48,373 bases of DNA from an uncultured Holophagales bacterium (GCA_963842525.1 CAWJGT010000005.1:1-48373); one strand, 5' to 3'; shown: positions 32,924 through 44,848, counted from the first letter of the stretch. Numbers and translations: made by a program. Notes: a model not told the origin generated them from the letters alone.

Positions 32924-34793
32924 TCACCGTTCGAAGCGCAGCTTGGGGTTGTGCTGCGCGCGGTTGAGATAGGTGATCATGCGCCGCACCCACGCGGCAT
33001 CCGCCTGCTCCTTGCGGGCCGCCTCGCAGAACAGCCTCAGCGCGGCCAGGGCCTCCTTGTGGACCTCCTGGCCTTTGAAGATCCACCACATCTCCTCGGC
33101 CAGCGTCGCCACCTCCGCTGTATGACCCTGCTCCAGGTGGAGCACCGCCAGCTCCAGGGTTGCCTTGGCGTAGTCGTAGGCGATCTTCTGCTCCGCGAGG
33201 TCCCGCCGCACTTGCTCGAAGGCTTCCCGGGCGGCTTCGAGGCGCCCGAGCCCCGCAGATATCTTTGCGTCCAGCCAGTGGGTCCTGGTCAGATCCAGCT
33301 CGCGGCCCAGCTCGAGCGCCAATTCGCGCACCCGCGGCAGAAGGTCCCGCGCTTCGCTATATCGCTTCAGTTCACACAGGGCTACCGCCAAATTGAAGCG
33401 CTGCACAAGAAGAAGCCGGGGTTCGCGCTCGCCATCGATCAGCGGGGCCGCTCCCGCTCGATCCGCTGGTGCCGGAAGATCCACTGCATGGCGTTCGCCA
33501 ACTGTCGTACCTCCTTCGTCCGTCCTGCTTCCAGCCAGAGCACCGCCAGATCCAGGCCCGAAAGAGCTGCGTCGTAGGGGAGGTCTTCGGCGGTGAAGGT
33601 CCCCTGCACCTGCTGCAGCCGCTCCATAGCCTCCTGTTTCTGCCCCAGTCCTGCCATCGTCTTCGCTTCCAGCCAGACCAGGCGGGCGAGGCTCAACTTG
33701 TTGCGCTGCTGCTCGATCAGCTCGCGGACCGCGGGCAGCAGCCTGGCGGCCTCCGCGTAATGCCCCGGGTGCACCAGGTGGTTGACCCGCTTGAAGCTCA
33801 GCGAGAAAAGCAGATAGGCGTCCTGCGACGCCTGCACCCAGGGGATCGCCTCTTCCAGGGCCGCAAGAGCAGCCGGCAAATTCCCCGCTTGTTCGACAAC
33901 GTGCTCTTTATTAAGGAAGATTCTCGCCTTCGCGAGAGGGTCATCCCCGCAGAGCGCGAGAGCATGGTCGAGCAGGGTGAGGGCCTCTTCAAATCGGTGT
34001 TGCGCCCGCCGTAGCGGGGCTTCGCGGTCGAGCATCCGCCATGCGGGGAGCAGGCCGTCGGGGTCAGCCCCGGCGTTCTGGAGCTCCGCGGCGCGTGCAA
34101 AGTCGGCATCGGCGCCGTCGAAGTCGTTGCCGACCCTGCGGGCATTGGCGATGTAGATCCAGCAGTACGCCTGGAGTGCGGCGCCGAAGCGTTCGTCGCC
34201 TTGGAACTGCTCGGCGATGAAGAGTGCGAACCGGGCCAGCTCCAGGGCCTCCTTGGCGCTGTGGGCCGCAGCGCGCTCGCTTTCATGGCAGACCGTTACG
34301 GCCAGGGCCCAGCGGCGGTATTCGGGAAAGGTGCGGACCAGGGTGCGCCAGTCCTTGCGCGGGGCGGTCTTCAGTTTGGCCACAGCTCGGCGGCTTCGTG
34401 GTGGGCCGCGTCCGCCTTCCCTTGCTTCCGTTTACGAATCAGCTCGGCGTGGAGCTCGCGGACGAGCGTCCAGCAGTACGTCAACACGGTGCGGAGGATG
34501 CGCCGGTGCTCCCCGGGGGTGAGGGCCACGGGCGAAGCCGACTCGGAGGGGGGCGGGGGCGCGACGAGCTCGTGGGTGAAGAGCAGGAAGTCGACGGCCT
34601 CGGGCGGGTGACCAATGCGGCCGACCAGCTCCTCGAGCTGCTCGCGGCTGAGCTTCTGGGTGCCGCGCTCGTAGCGAAGGAGCACCTTGTCGCAGATCCC
34701 GAGGAGGGCCGCACCCGCTTTCGGGTCCGGGGCGACGAGGGAACGGAGGTACAGCAGCGCGAGACCGGCGGCTGGGGGTGTGTCCGGGTTCAT
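32924..34793 (-). pseudogene. XRE-HTH plus TPR regulator, frameshifted and internally deleted
   Basis: CAGGAGG SD, ATG 34793; HTH-like LLRYERG; TPR blocks 33439-34383 and 32924-33450 are paralogous and joined at ~33450. Confidence 0.7.
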
Positions 34794-34981
34794 CCGTGCC
34801 TCCTGAAGACTCTTCCAGAAATAAGGTTGCCGGCGGCCCGGAATCTGGGACACGCCGGCGGACCAAGAACGAGGCCGGCGGTTCCGCTGGCCCAGCACAC
34901 GAACCCGGCAGGGAATGCCTATCAGAAATTCGAGCCTGCCGGAAAGCGCAAGTGCGCAGCGACCGTACGATGGTCCCCGCA

Positions 34982-35191
34982 ATGAGGCAAGAGCCGCTCC
35001 TGTGTCAACGCCGGACCGCCGTGGAGAGCCCGCATGTGGATGAGCGCCGCTTGCTGCGTGGTGAGCTCGATCTTTCCGAGCGGCGCCAATTCCTCCGCTG
35101 TCTTCTGAAAAACTGCCCGGAGTGTACCGCCCTGGCGCGCTGGATCTGGCGGATGGGCGAGTCTCCGGAGAAAGGCCGCGCCGCGCGATGA
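34982..35191 (+). CDS. Small protein with CxxC (anti-sigma zinc-finger-like)
   Basis: LRGELDLSERRQFLRCLLKNCPEC; ATGA coupling to the next ORF. Confidence 0.5.
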   Translation: MRQEPLLCQRRTAVESPHVDERRLLRGELDLSERRQFLRCLLKNCPECTALARWIWRMGESPEKGRAAR

Positions 35192-35448
35192 CGTTCGAGG
35201 ATGCGCAGGCGGAGCTCCGGCAGTTGCTGGCGGAGCTGGAAGGGGTGCGGGCGCGGCTGTACGTCGTGCACGGGAGCCTTCCGGCGGCGCCTGAAGATCT
35301 GGACACGGAGGATTTCGCGGTCCATCCGGAAGGGACCGGCGGGTTGCGGAGCGCGATCGAAGGCCTGTTGATCGATCAGATCGAGCCGGGGATCCGGGCG
35401 CTGCGGGCGGCCCTGGAGATTCCGGAGAGGGCGGAGCAGAAGCTGTAA
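35188..35448 (+). CDS. Hypothetical helical protein
   Basis: Translationally coupled, GC3-rich, amphipathic helices. Confidence 0.6.
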   Translation: MTFEDAQAELRQLLAELEGVRARLYVVHGSLPAAPEDLDTEDFAVHPEGTGGLRSAIEGLLIDQIEPGIRALRAALEIPERAEQKL

Positions 35449-35489
35449 GGAGGGGAGGAGGCTGCGTTGTCGCCGGGTCGAATCCCCAC

Positions 35490-35519
35490 GCCCGGGTGCC
35501 GGGCGCCCGGGCACTTTTT
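35490..35519 (+). terminator. Intrinsic terminator
   Basis: GCCCGGGTGC..GCGCCCGGGC stem followed by ACTTTTT. Confidence 0.7.
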
Positions 35520-35550
35520 ATCCGAGCAGGCCGAACGAAAAGGAGCCTCG

Positions 35551-35980
35551 ATGGACGACGAGCTGCTGAGGTTCTGCAGGTCCATGGCGCGGGACCCCGA
35601 CGGAGGAGACGGTGGTCCATCTCTTCGAGCTCCTCGGCTATGAGGCCAAGGAGCAGCGGCGCATGGCCGGCAACCTGAGCGTGATGATGAAGAATGGCGA
35701 GTCGTCCGTCGCTCTGTTCGTGCCCGTGAGCCGCCATTCGGACCTTCAAGCGTTCGTTAAGGCGCGAGGCGCCGGGATGCAACACATCGCCTTCGAGACG
35801 GCCAGCCTGGAGCTGGCGGTGGAGCTCCTGCGCGGTGTCCTCGAATGGGAGCAGGAACCGTTCGACTTTCCCGAGGTCCGAATGCTGTGGTCGAAGCCGG
35901 ACCCGTTCACCGGTCTGGTGATCGAGCTCTTCGAACATCGCCACGGAGCAGGCGACGAAGGGGGTGAGCCTTCTTCGTGA
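35551..35980 (+). CDS. VOC/glyoxalase-family protein (probable indel near 35600)
   Basis: AGGAG SD before ATG 35551; LFELLGY, GAGMQHIAFET, GLVIELFE. Confidence 0.7.
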
Positions 35981-36054
35981 CGCAGCTCCATAGTGTGTGG
36001 CGTTCCTGCGACGAAGAGTCGTCTTGTGCGTCAGGAACGTCACTCGTGCGACGG

Positions 36055-36083
36055 TTGATCGCGTTACGCGATTACGATACACT
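36055..36083 (+). promoter_or_regulatory. sigma70 promoter with embedded palindrome; probably leaderless
   Basis: TTGATC-17-TACACT; ATCGCGT-T-ACGCGAT at 36058-36072; ATG begins 7 nt after the -10 box. Confidence 0.6.
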
Positions 36084-36089
36084 CGCAGA

Positions 36090-36572
36090 ATGACACCCCA
36101 GCCGGAAGATTCCGTCGACAAGGAAGTGCTGCGGTTGATGGAGGTGCTCAAGACGCTGGCGCGGCTGCTCGGTTTCACGAACCGCGACATCGAGCGCATG
36201 ACGGACATCAACCACGCGACGATGTCGAGGTATCTTGCGGGCAAGGGCGAGCCGCGGCTGGATTTCCTGCTGCGTGTGGTGCGGGCCCTGGGTATGGAGC
36301 CGGCAGAGTTTTTCGACTTTGCCTATGCGGAGCGGTCGCCGCAGCTCACCTCGTCGGCGCGCAGGCTGCGCCGCCTTCTGACCGGCCTGAATCCGCCGGC
36401 CCGGCCGGTTGCGCCGGCGGTGAACGAGGACGAAGAAGAAGCCGCGGTGCCCCTGCGGCGGCGCGAGATCGAGGAGATGGTGGAAGACCTGCGACGCGAG
36501 ATCCGGGAGCAGCTCGGCCGGCAGCCAAAGGCCCGCAAGCCCGCCCCGCGCAAGAGCAAGCTCAGTCCGTAG
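36090..36572 (+). CDS. XRE-family HTH transcriptional regulator
   Basis: TNRDIERMTDINHATMSRYLAGKGEPRLDFLLRVVRALG. Confidence 0.85.
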   Translation: MTPQPEDSVDKEVLRLMEVLKTLARLLGFTNRDIERMTDINHATMSRYLAGKGEPRLDFLLRVVRALGMEPAEFFDFAYAERSPQLTSSARRLRRLLTGLNPPARPVAPAVNEDEEEAAVPLRRREIEEMVEDLRREIREQLGRQPKARKPAPRKSKLSP

Positions 36573-36760
36573 ACCGGTGCTCGAAGGGGAGCTTCCTGGT
36601 CGCGGCAGCCAGGAAGACGAGCTGGTTCCGGGTTGCCGTGGTCCAGAGCTCCGTCGGAAGCTGCTGGTCGAGGATGGCCATGGCCTGCCGGTTGAGGCGG
36701 ATCGCCGTCTGGACGTCGCCGCTGTGGAAGGTGTAGAGCGCCTTCTTGACCAGGGCCTGC
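36562..36760 (-). pseudogene. 3' fragment of a TPR-like protein
   Basis: ALVKKALYTFHSGDVQTAIRLNRQAMAILD TPR-like helix pair; no credible 5' part. Confidence 0.4.
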
Positions 36761-37044
36761 ACTGCGAGCTGGGCTTCGTGCGGAAGAACAGAGGCAGTCT
36801 GGCCGGAGCGGAGCCGTTGCTGGGAGCCATGGAGAAGGCATGTCACGGGGCCGTCGCGAACCGCAGCCAAAGCGAGGCGCTCCGTGCGGCCTCGCAAGAG
36901 GCGACCCGGCAGTTGCAGGTCTCGCTGGTTGAAGGACGTGATGTGGCGAGCCGGCTGCGGAGCTTCATCAAGAGCAAGCTCGGAATCCACTCCGCGCAGC
37001 TCCTCGCCTACGGCATCAAACCGATCCGCAAGCGGGGGAGTTGA
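36760..37044 (+). pseudogene. 5'-truncated helical/coiled-coil protein
   Basis: ASQEATRQLQ..EGRDVASRLRSFIKSKLG...YGIKPIRKR; followed by a terminator; upstream part of the ORF looks like an antisense shadow. Confidence 0.45.
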
Positions 37045-37090
37045 TAACTGAAGCAACCGGCTGTCGGAAACCCTGCTGAATAGGTGTCCC

Positions 37091-37119
37091 GGGGCGGTGC
37101 CACGCCGCCCCCGTTTTTT
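37091..37119 (+). terminator. Intrinsic terminator
   Basis: GGGGCGGTG/CGCCGCCCC stem followed by TTTTTT. Confidence 0.75.
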
Positions 37120-37155
37120 CACAGGGGTCCGCTGAGACGCTGCAACAGAAAGTCT

Positions 37156-38520
37156 TTAAGGATGGAGTGCGGCCGCGACGGCTTCCATGCCGGGATCGCG
37201 GCCGGCGAGCCAGGCTTCGATGGTCCAGGGCGCTGCGATGTCAGGCGCCAACGACGCGACGGCGATCGGATGGCGCACGACATAGCCGTGGCAATCGCTG
37301 AAGGCGCGGCAGCCATTGGCGTAATCGTGCCGCTCGGTCGCGCGAGCCACAGAGCCCGCCGCGTTCGGCAATTGCACCGGACCGCCCTCGGCGAAGAATA
37401 CGAGACGGTCGCCGACCATCTCGCCGACGATGGTGACGCGATCCGGCGCGGCTTGCTTCACATAGCCGGTGCTTGAGATCGCGGCGGAGAACGTGAGCGG
37501 GCTCGTCAGGATGAAGATGCGGCCGGGCGCCAGCGTCGGAAGCGCCTGCATGAAGTCGCGCGACGTTGAGAGATCGCCGCCTCCGTTCCAGCGCATGTCG
37601 AGGACGATGTTGCGCCTGTGCGCCTCGCGGATCGCGGTGCGAAATTGATCCAGCGCGGCGTCGATCGAGTAGCCGTCTCTGGTGATGTTCTGGCGCATTT
37701 GGAGGACGATGGCGTCGAGCTCGGGCGCGGCGCGCCAGCGGAACGGCACGGCGCCGTCCTGCAGGGACCAGGGGGCGCGCTCCGGCGTGAGAGCGGCTTG
37801 CCAAGCCTCGCTGGGGGCCTGCGGCAGGAAGATCTGTTGGGGCAGCGCGGTGGGCCGTTCGGCGCTGGGCGGCTCGCCGGCGAGGCGGCGCTCTATCGCT
37901 TGGCCGCTGCGCGTTTCGAAGCGGTACGTGGCGGCATCCGGCGACGCGGTGAGCCCTAGCGTGTGCAGCAGCTCGGGGCCTTCGAGCAAGTTGAAAGCCG
38001 CGCGGTCGCGGAAAGCGTTCACGCCGCCATAGAGCTCGCGCGCGGCGGCGCGCAGGACGGCGACAGGCTTGCCGTCAATGCCGACAAGGCGCGCGCCGAG
38101 CAGATCGGCGTTCGCGGTGCTGGCGCGCGCGACGTAGAAATCCTCGCCAAACACAATCAGCCGCACCGGGACGCGGTTGGATTTCTGCGCAATGAAGCGG
38201 AGCACGTAATGGGTGTGGCCGTTGTCGGCGAGCGCTGCGATGCGCGCGAGCTCGAGCTCGAAAGAGGGTTGGGAGACGCTGGCGCATTGCGCTTCGAGCC
38301 GCGCCAGGCGCGCTTCAGCTTCGGTGCGGGCCGCGGGCGCGTAGGATCGTTCCCGGCCCATGAATTGCTCGCGGAACACGGCGAGATCGGCGCGGCGTGC
38401 GTCCGCCGGGGCCAGCGCGGCGGCGGGAGCCGCAGTCGCGGTACGTTCGTGTTGCGCTGCGGCAGAACCGGCGGCGGCCGTCAGCGCCAAGGCGCAAAGC
38501 ATCACGCGCAGAATGTTCAT
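37156..38520 (-). CDS. Secreted S41-like peptidase
   Basis: Signal peptide; DNGHT, VLDMRWNGGG, TFSAA, IVGE, PDI. Confidence 0.8.
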   Translation of the reverse strand: MNILRVMLCALALTAAAGSAAAQHERTATAAPAAALAPADARRADLAVFREQFMGRERSYAPAARTEAEARLARLEAQCASVSQPSFELELARIAALADNGHTHYVLRFIAQKSNRVPVRLIVFGEDFYVARASTANADLLGARLVGIDGKPVAVLRAAARELYGGVNAFRDRAAFNLLEGPELLHTLGLTASPDAATYRFETRSGQAIERRLAGEPPSAERPTALPQQIFLPQAPSEAWQAALTPERAPWSLQDGAVPFRWRAAPELDAIVLQMRQNITRDGYSIDAALDQFRTAIREAHRRNIVLDMRWNGGGDLSTSRDFMQALPTLAPGRIFILTSPLTFSAAISSTGYVKQAAPDRVTIVGEMVGDRLVFFAEGGPVQLPNAAGSVARATERHDYANGCRAFSDCHGYVVRHPIAVASLAPDIAAPWTIEAWLAGRDPGMEAVAAALHP

Positions 38521-38522
38521 GA

Positions 38523-40473
<1,951 letters not shown>

Positions 40474-40565
40474 AGATTGCTCCTACTTATTTCTTTGAAA
40501 TGTCTTCACCAAGAATCAGAGCATTGTCAGGGCCGCTCTCCTTCGAACCGCGGAAAGGCACGACG

Positions 40566-41291
40566 CTAGGATGCGGAATCCATTGGGAGGCCAAGGACTG
40601 TCCGACAATGCCGCGCAATGGCGCGGGCCTCCTCGGTGTCGATTGCGGAGACGCCGGTGAGAACCTCGCTCGCACGAAGCTGCGCGGTGCCGGGTCCATG
40701 CCCGTCTACGTACTTGACAAGAATGTCTCTCACCCATTCCCGCCGCCGTGCAATGTCCCCCGCCAGCCGGGTGGCCAGCGACGGGATGGCACCCGCCAGG
40801 CTCATATACCAGGCACAGGACTCCAGCATTGACAAGGCGGTCAGGTCGGTACGGGCCGGCTCGTCGCCGGCCCCCGATGCAATCCCGTCGTCGTGGGAGA
40901 GGCCTTCGGCGAGGACAGCGATCAGGCCCTGCTTCCGTTCATCCGTGACCAGCGCGGTTTCGACGCCGCCCAAGTCCAGATCCTCGGATTCCAAGGCCCG
41001 CAGGACCGGCCACAGCAGCCTGATCGCCGTTCCGACCCGGACAGCCGGGTCCGGATGGTCGAGGAGAGTCGTCTTCAGCGTTTCCCAATCGCTCGCCAGC
41101 AGGTAGTGCTCCGTCAACGCTTCGATCACGTACCTCTTGACAACGAGGCTCGCCTCGTTCTGGATGCGCCCCAGATCGGAGCGAAGGGTCTGGATGATGT
41201 GCGGGTAATGTCGTTCAACGTTCCCGGGCTCGGACCCCGTTTGAGGGGGCTGTGCTCGGCCCAGTAGCGCCGCTGCTCCATGCGGCGTCAC
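40566..41291 (-). CDS. Hypothetical alpha-helical (HEAT-like) protein, possibly a fragment
   Basis: LLDHPDPAVRVGTA HEAT-like segment; coding-like GC3. Confidence 0.5.
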   Translation of the reverse strand: MTPHGAAALLGRAQPPQTGSEPGNVERHYPHIIQTLRSDLGRIQNEASLVVKRYVIEALTEHYLLASDWETLKTTLLDHPDPAVRVGTAIRLLWPVLRALESEDLDLGGVETALVTDERKQGLIAVLAEGLSHDDGIASGAGDEPARTDLTALSMLESCAWYMSLAGAIPSLATRLAGDIARRREWVRDILVKYVDGHGPGTAQLRASEVLTGVSAIDTEEARAIARHCRTVLGLPMDSAS

Positions 41292-41605
41292 CCGGCTGAG
41301 GTACCAGTCCGTCGTCTCGGCTTCGAGAACGTCGCGTCACTCCGTTTCTTTGCAAAAAGATACCTTAATAGTGCGAAGGACCACAAAGCAAGGTAAAGCG
41401 ACCATGCACAGGCTCCGAAGATTTCCACTATTAAGCCTGAAGTACTAAGACGTTGTAAACCAGTGATATGCATGTACACACTAATAAAATAGTGTGGCGC
41501 AAAAATCATGGGGAACATGATAATCGAGAGTATGCCAAAAATTTTTGGAATGCTTAAAGCAGGTGCCATGCCCACTTGAGCTGACCTCATCCACCAAGGG
41601 CTCAT
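41288..41605 (-). CDS. Hypothetical small membrane protein (AT-rich)
   Basis: Two or three hydrophobic segments; markedly lower GC. Confidence 0.4.
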   Translation of the reverse strand: MSPWWMRSAQVGMAPALSIPKIFGILSIIMFPMIFAPHYFISVYMHITGLQRLSTSGLIVEIFGACAWSLYLALWSFALLRYLFAKKRSDATFSKPRRRTGTSAG

Positions 41606-41647
41606 CGCATTCCATCCTTCAACCTGTACTGTAAGCGTCTATTCGGG

Positions 41648-41671
41648 GCCGCTGCAGGCGCCAGGTTCGGC
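41648..41671 (-). other. Half attC site (R''/L'' arm only)
   Basis: Minus strand GCCGAAC-CTGGCGC-CTGCAGCGG; partner arm absent. Confidence 0.45.
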
Positions 41672-41732
41672 GGCTTTCTCTGCTTCTATCTCGCGGCCCA
41701 TTGCATTCAGCCTCCACTCCGGCCCCTCTGGC

Positions 41733-42089
41733 TCAAGCCTCCGACCAAAGGGACGGATGCAGCTTAAGAAGAGACTTCGTGGCCTTGTTCTGCCAAGCCA
41801 TGACCAGTGCGTCGTAAACGGATTCTTCGTCGGCTTCGCGGAGGTTCACGTAGGTCGCGCCCCTTCGCCCCCATCCTCCAGGTACGGGCGCGAAGCAATC
41901 CGGCTTGGCGTGCAAGAGAGCATCTTGCTGGTCGTGGAGGAGCGCGACCATCCCGCAAGAATCGTCGGGATAGCCGAGGGTGGCGAAGATCTTGCCGCGG
42001 ACACGGAAGTCCGGATGACCCATGTGCGATTGCTCGCTGGCTTCAGGGAGCGAAAGAGCGAGCCGCCGGAAATCTTCAGCGGTGATCAT
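41733..42089 (-). CDS. MmcQ/YjbR-family protein (cassette-like)
   Basis: FRRLALSLPEA...HPDFRVRGKIFATL...GGWGRRGAT...AW. Confidence 0.88.
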   Translation of the reverse strand: MITAEDFRRLALSLPEASEQSHMGHPDFRVRGKIFATLGYPDDSCGMVALLHDQQDALLHAKPDCFAPVPGGWGRRGATYVNLREADEESVYDALVMAWQNKATKSLLKLHPSLWSEA

Positions 42090-42114
42090 GTAACTTCCAG
42101 TCGTTTGCCGCGAC

Positions 42115-42174
42115 GCCGAACGGGGACGGCGTTCACCGGTGGCGTAGCCATCCGGTGCAACGCCCGGGTTGGCC
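42115..42174 (-). other. Integron attC site (60 bp)
   Basis: Minus strand GGCCAAC-CCGG-GCGTTGCACCGGA-TGGCTACGCCA-CCGGTGAACGC-CGTCCCC-GTTCGGC: imperfect palindrome with extrahelical bases, directly 5' of the MmcQ gene. Confidence 0.72.
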
Positions 42175-42429
42175 GCCGAACCGCCTTCGCTCGGAACCCG
42201 CCGCGCTGGCCACTCCGCCTTGCTCTGGCCGCCGAACCTCATTGATACAATTCAATATATGCATTCGCTCTTCACCCTTGATGAAACTGAATAAATTTTA
42301 CTCCCGAAGAACATGGGTAGGCAAGGAGTCCAAACGTCAATCCGCCTTCCGGTGGGCTTGATGTCGGATGTCCGGCGTCAACCCCTCCCTCCTACCTGGG
42401 AGCCTACGGCTGGGAAAGATGGGACTCCG

Positions 42430-42592
42430 AGGCGCCGCAGGGCTCGAACGTCTGGTGCGTCGGCGCAAGCGTCCAGATGCTCCTCGACTTCTACCGCTAC
42501 GAGTACACCCAGGTCCGCCTCGCGCAGGAGCTCGGGCTGGGTACGGTCTCCAATCCCAATGGTCTGCCTTACAGTGCGATCGGGTTGGTGGT
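42430..42592 (+). pseudogene. Fragment of a C39-like cysteine peptidase domain
   Basis: QGSNVWCVGASVQMLLDFYRYEYTQVRLAQELG (Q-x4-WC..AS..M pattern). Confidence 0.5.
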
Positions 42593-42947
42593 TTCCCTCG
42601 TAGACGGGGAACGTGCCGGCCCGGGAGCCATCGGTCACCCAGAGAGTCGTCACCTCGTTGTCTTGGGCGTAAACGAACGCCCGGTTGCCAGCCTCGACCC
42701 AGGGTGCGAAAAAGTAGTTGAAGTGCTCGCAGTACTCGGCGCAGGCGTCATCCGTCAGGCGATAGGTCCCCGCGGATGTCCCGTCGCTGCGCCACACCTC
42801 GAGGCCGGCCTCGTCGTCGCTCGCGGCGAACAGGCTGATCCCGGAGCTCAGGGTTCCGAAAGAGTGCTGCTCCGCCGCCGCGGAAACGCCGGGCAGAGAG
42901 GTGAAAAGGCTTGCGGCAAGCAGGGTGAGGCACATGGGGTTGCGCAT
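42592..42947 (-). pseudogene. ELWxxDGT-repeat secreted protein, 3'-truncated
   Basis: Signal peptide; EVWRSDGTSAGT and LWVTDGSRAGT repeats, then abrupt switch. Confidence 0.7.
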
Positions 42948-43571
42948 AGCGTTCTCCAAGAGACGTGCTGCCATTCGCCCTGTTGTACGGAACCCGCGCC
43001 TCCGGCGCCTATGGCTGGACGCGATGTATTCGGAGTCGGCCAGAATGCCGGAGCGGTAAGCGTCGCTCCGGCTCGGCGGCCAGCCGGCGGCCTTCTGGCG
43101 CTCCCGCTCCGCGAAGTCTGCGAGCCGCTCTTCACCAGGCCGGGCGCAAGCCGATTTCTGGAGGCGCCGGCTGCTTTTGAGGGCGATCCGTTCCACGGAG
43201 CGGGGGACCCAGAAATCGATGGCGCCGGCTCCGATAGGCGAGCAACCAGCGGGTCTTCATGGACAAGGGGGAGTTCAACCGGTGGCTCTTCGAGGTCATG
43301 AACACGGTCACTCTCGTCGCCGAACGACGGGGCCGCATGCTGGGCAGCGCGCGACTGGCCAGCAGAGTCAGAAACGACGCGTACGCGCATCGTCGCAGTC
43401 CTTCGGCGGCCAGCATACTTGCGGCGCTGAAAGTGGATCTCGGCCTCGGCATCGAGCACGGCGCGCGACGGTACCGAGCTTCGGCGTTTATCTCCAACTC
43501 GGAAAGCCCCGCTTCACGAATGCCGCTGCCCTGTCGAGCCAGCCCCGTCTTACCCGGGAAGTACGCAGGAT

Positions 43572-44391
43572 TCAAGACGTTTGGCGGAACTCGTAGCCAT
43601 AATGCTCCTCAAGATCCGCAAGTAAGGTCTGCGGCCCAACGAGATGCGAACACCCCACAACAATGAGGAGCCGGTGCCCGAGTTCGGCCGCCTTCTGGAT
43701 GTAGTGCTCAGCTCGCGGAAGCCATACCGAGTGTCGATTGGCGAAAAGCCCCGCAGCAATGCCCGGGAAGTCGCTGAAATACTCAGAGAAGCCAAGGGCA
43801 TCTAAGACGGCCTCGGGTTCTCCCATTCTCCAGCTTTCTGCCGCGCGACTGAAGCGCTCCGGTAACTGGCTCAACCGGCTCATGGTGAGCCGCAGGCAAG
43901 CAACTTGTTCGGACAAAGGCGTACCCTGATAAAGGGCTTGGTAAAACTCCGGGCAGCTTTCGAGAAAGAGAGGGATCGCAGTGTGCTCTAGCAGCACTCC
44001 CTCCGCACCTTGCTCAAAACGTGCCCCCGCCCGCTCCAAGGTCGAAATTGCCAACTTTTGCCCGATTTGGAATGGGTACTGAACGCTCAAGTCGCGCGTA
44101 GTTTCCGCGTCCAAACCGAGGTCCCGGGCAGTGCCCTTAACTATCTGCCACAGCTCAGGATCCAGCGAGGCCATTGACAACCCTTGCGGCATGGCGGGGG
44201 GAGGCGGGGCTTCCCGGAAGTCCGCCTCGAATACAACGGCGTCGGCTCCTTGATGAACTTCCCACACCCAATCTGGAAGAGCCCCATCCAGGAAGTGGAT
44301 AGAGCCCAGGATCAGAACGTCGCTGCGCCAAAGCTACGCCGCTTTCGGGCAAGGCTTCGAGCAGAGCGGCCCGGATCTCGTCTTCTACCAT
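43572..44391 (-). CDS. TraB/GumN-family protein (indel near 44335)
   Basis: LW..DVLILGSIH, VVFE, NRHSVW, VVGCSHLVG. Confidence 0.72.
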
Positions 44392-44744
44392 CGTGATCGC
44401 TTGGTCGTTGACGATAATACTGGCCGCTGGCAGTAGCTTGCCGTGCGGCTTAAGCTCCCCCTTGGCGGACTCGCCGGACTGACCCAGGAAGTCCCCAGAG
44501 GCGGACTTGCCCGGATTGACCCGGAAGGCTCGACGCACTACCTGGCGGCGAGAGCTACGCGCCCCGCCGCGTAAAGCTTCTCTACGACGCGGACCATCCC
44601 TCGGGCAAGCCCTACGGCGGGGAAAGCGCCGGGGCCACGACTTCGTTCCTACCGCGCTCCTGGTGCGCCCCGGACTCAGACAGGCATCTGCGAGCCGCGA
44701 GAGCGGATCGAAGCTAAGTATTTTATTTGGGTGGGATTTAGAAG

Positions 44745-44821
44745 TGGTGCAGCCAGGAGGAGTCGAACCCCCAACCTACAGATCCGTAGTCTGTCGCTCT
44801 ATCCAGTTGAGCTATGGCTGC
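44745..44821 (-). tRNA. tRNA-Arg(ACG)
   Basis: GCAGCCA/TGGCTGC acceptor, ACAGA-CTACGGA-TCTGT anticodon arm, GGTTCGACTCC T arm, CCA. Confidence 0.97.
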
Positions 44822-44848
44822 ACGGTAAGGCCGCCGTGCGGAGGCCGC

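Noticed and set aside
35475-35487. GGGTCGAATCCCC resembling a tRNA T-arm remnant
   Set aside because: No other tRNA arms and no match to the window's tRNA 3' ends
43259-43666. Plus-strand ORF MDKGEFNRWLFEV...
   Set aside because: No recognisable domain, and it overlaps the TraB/GumN gene end; possibly a fragment but unsupported
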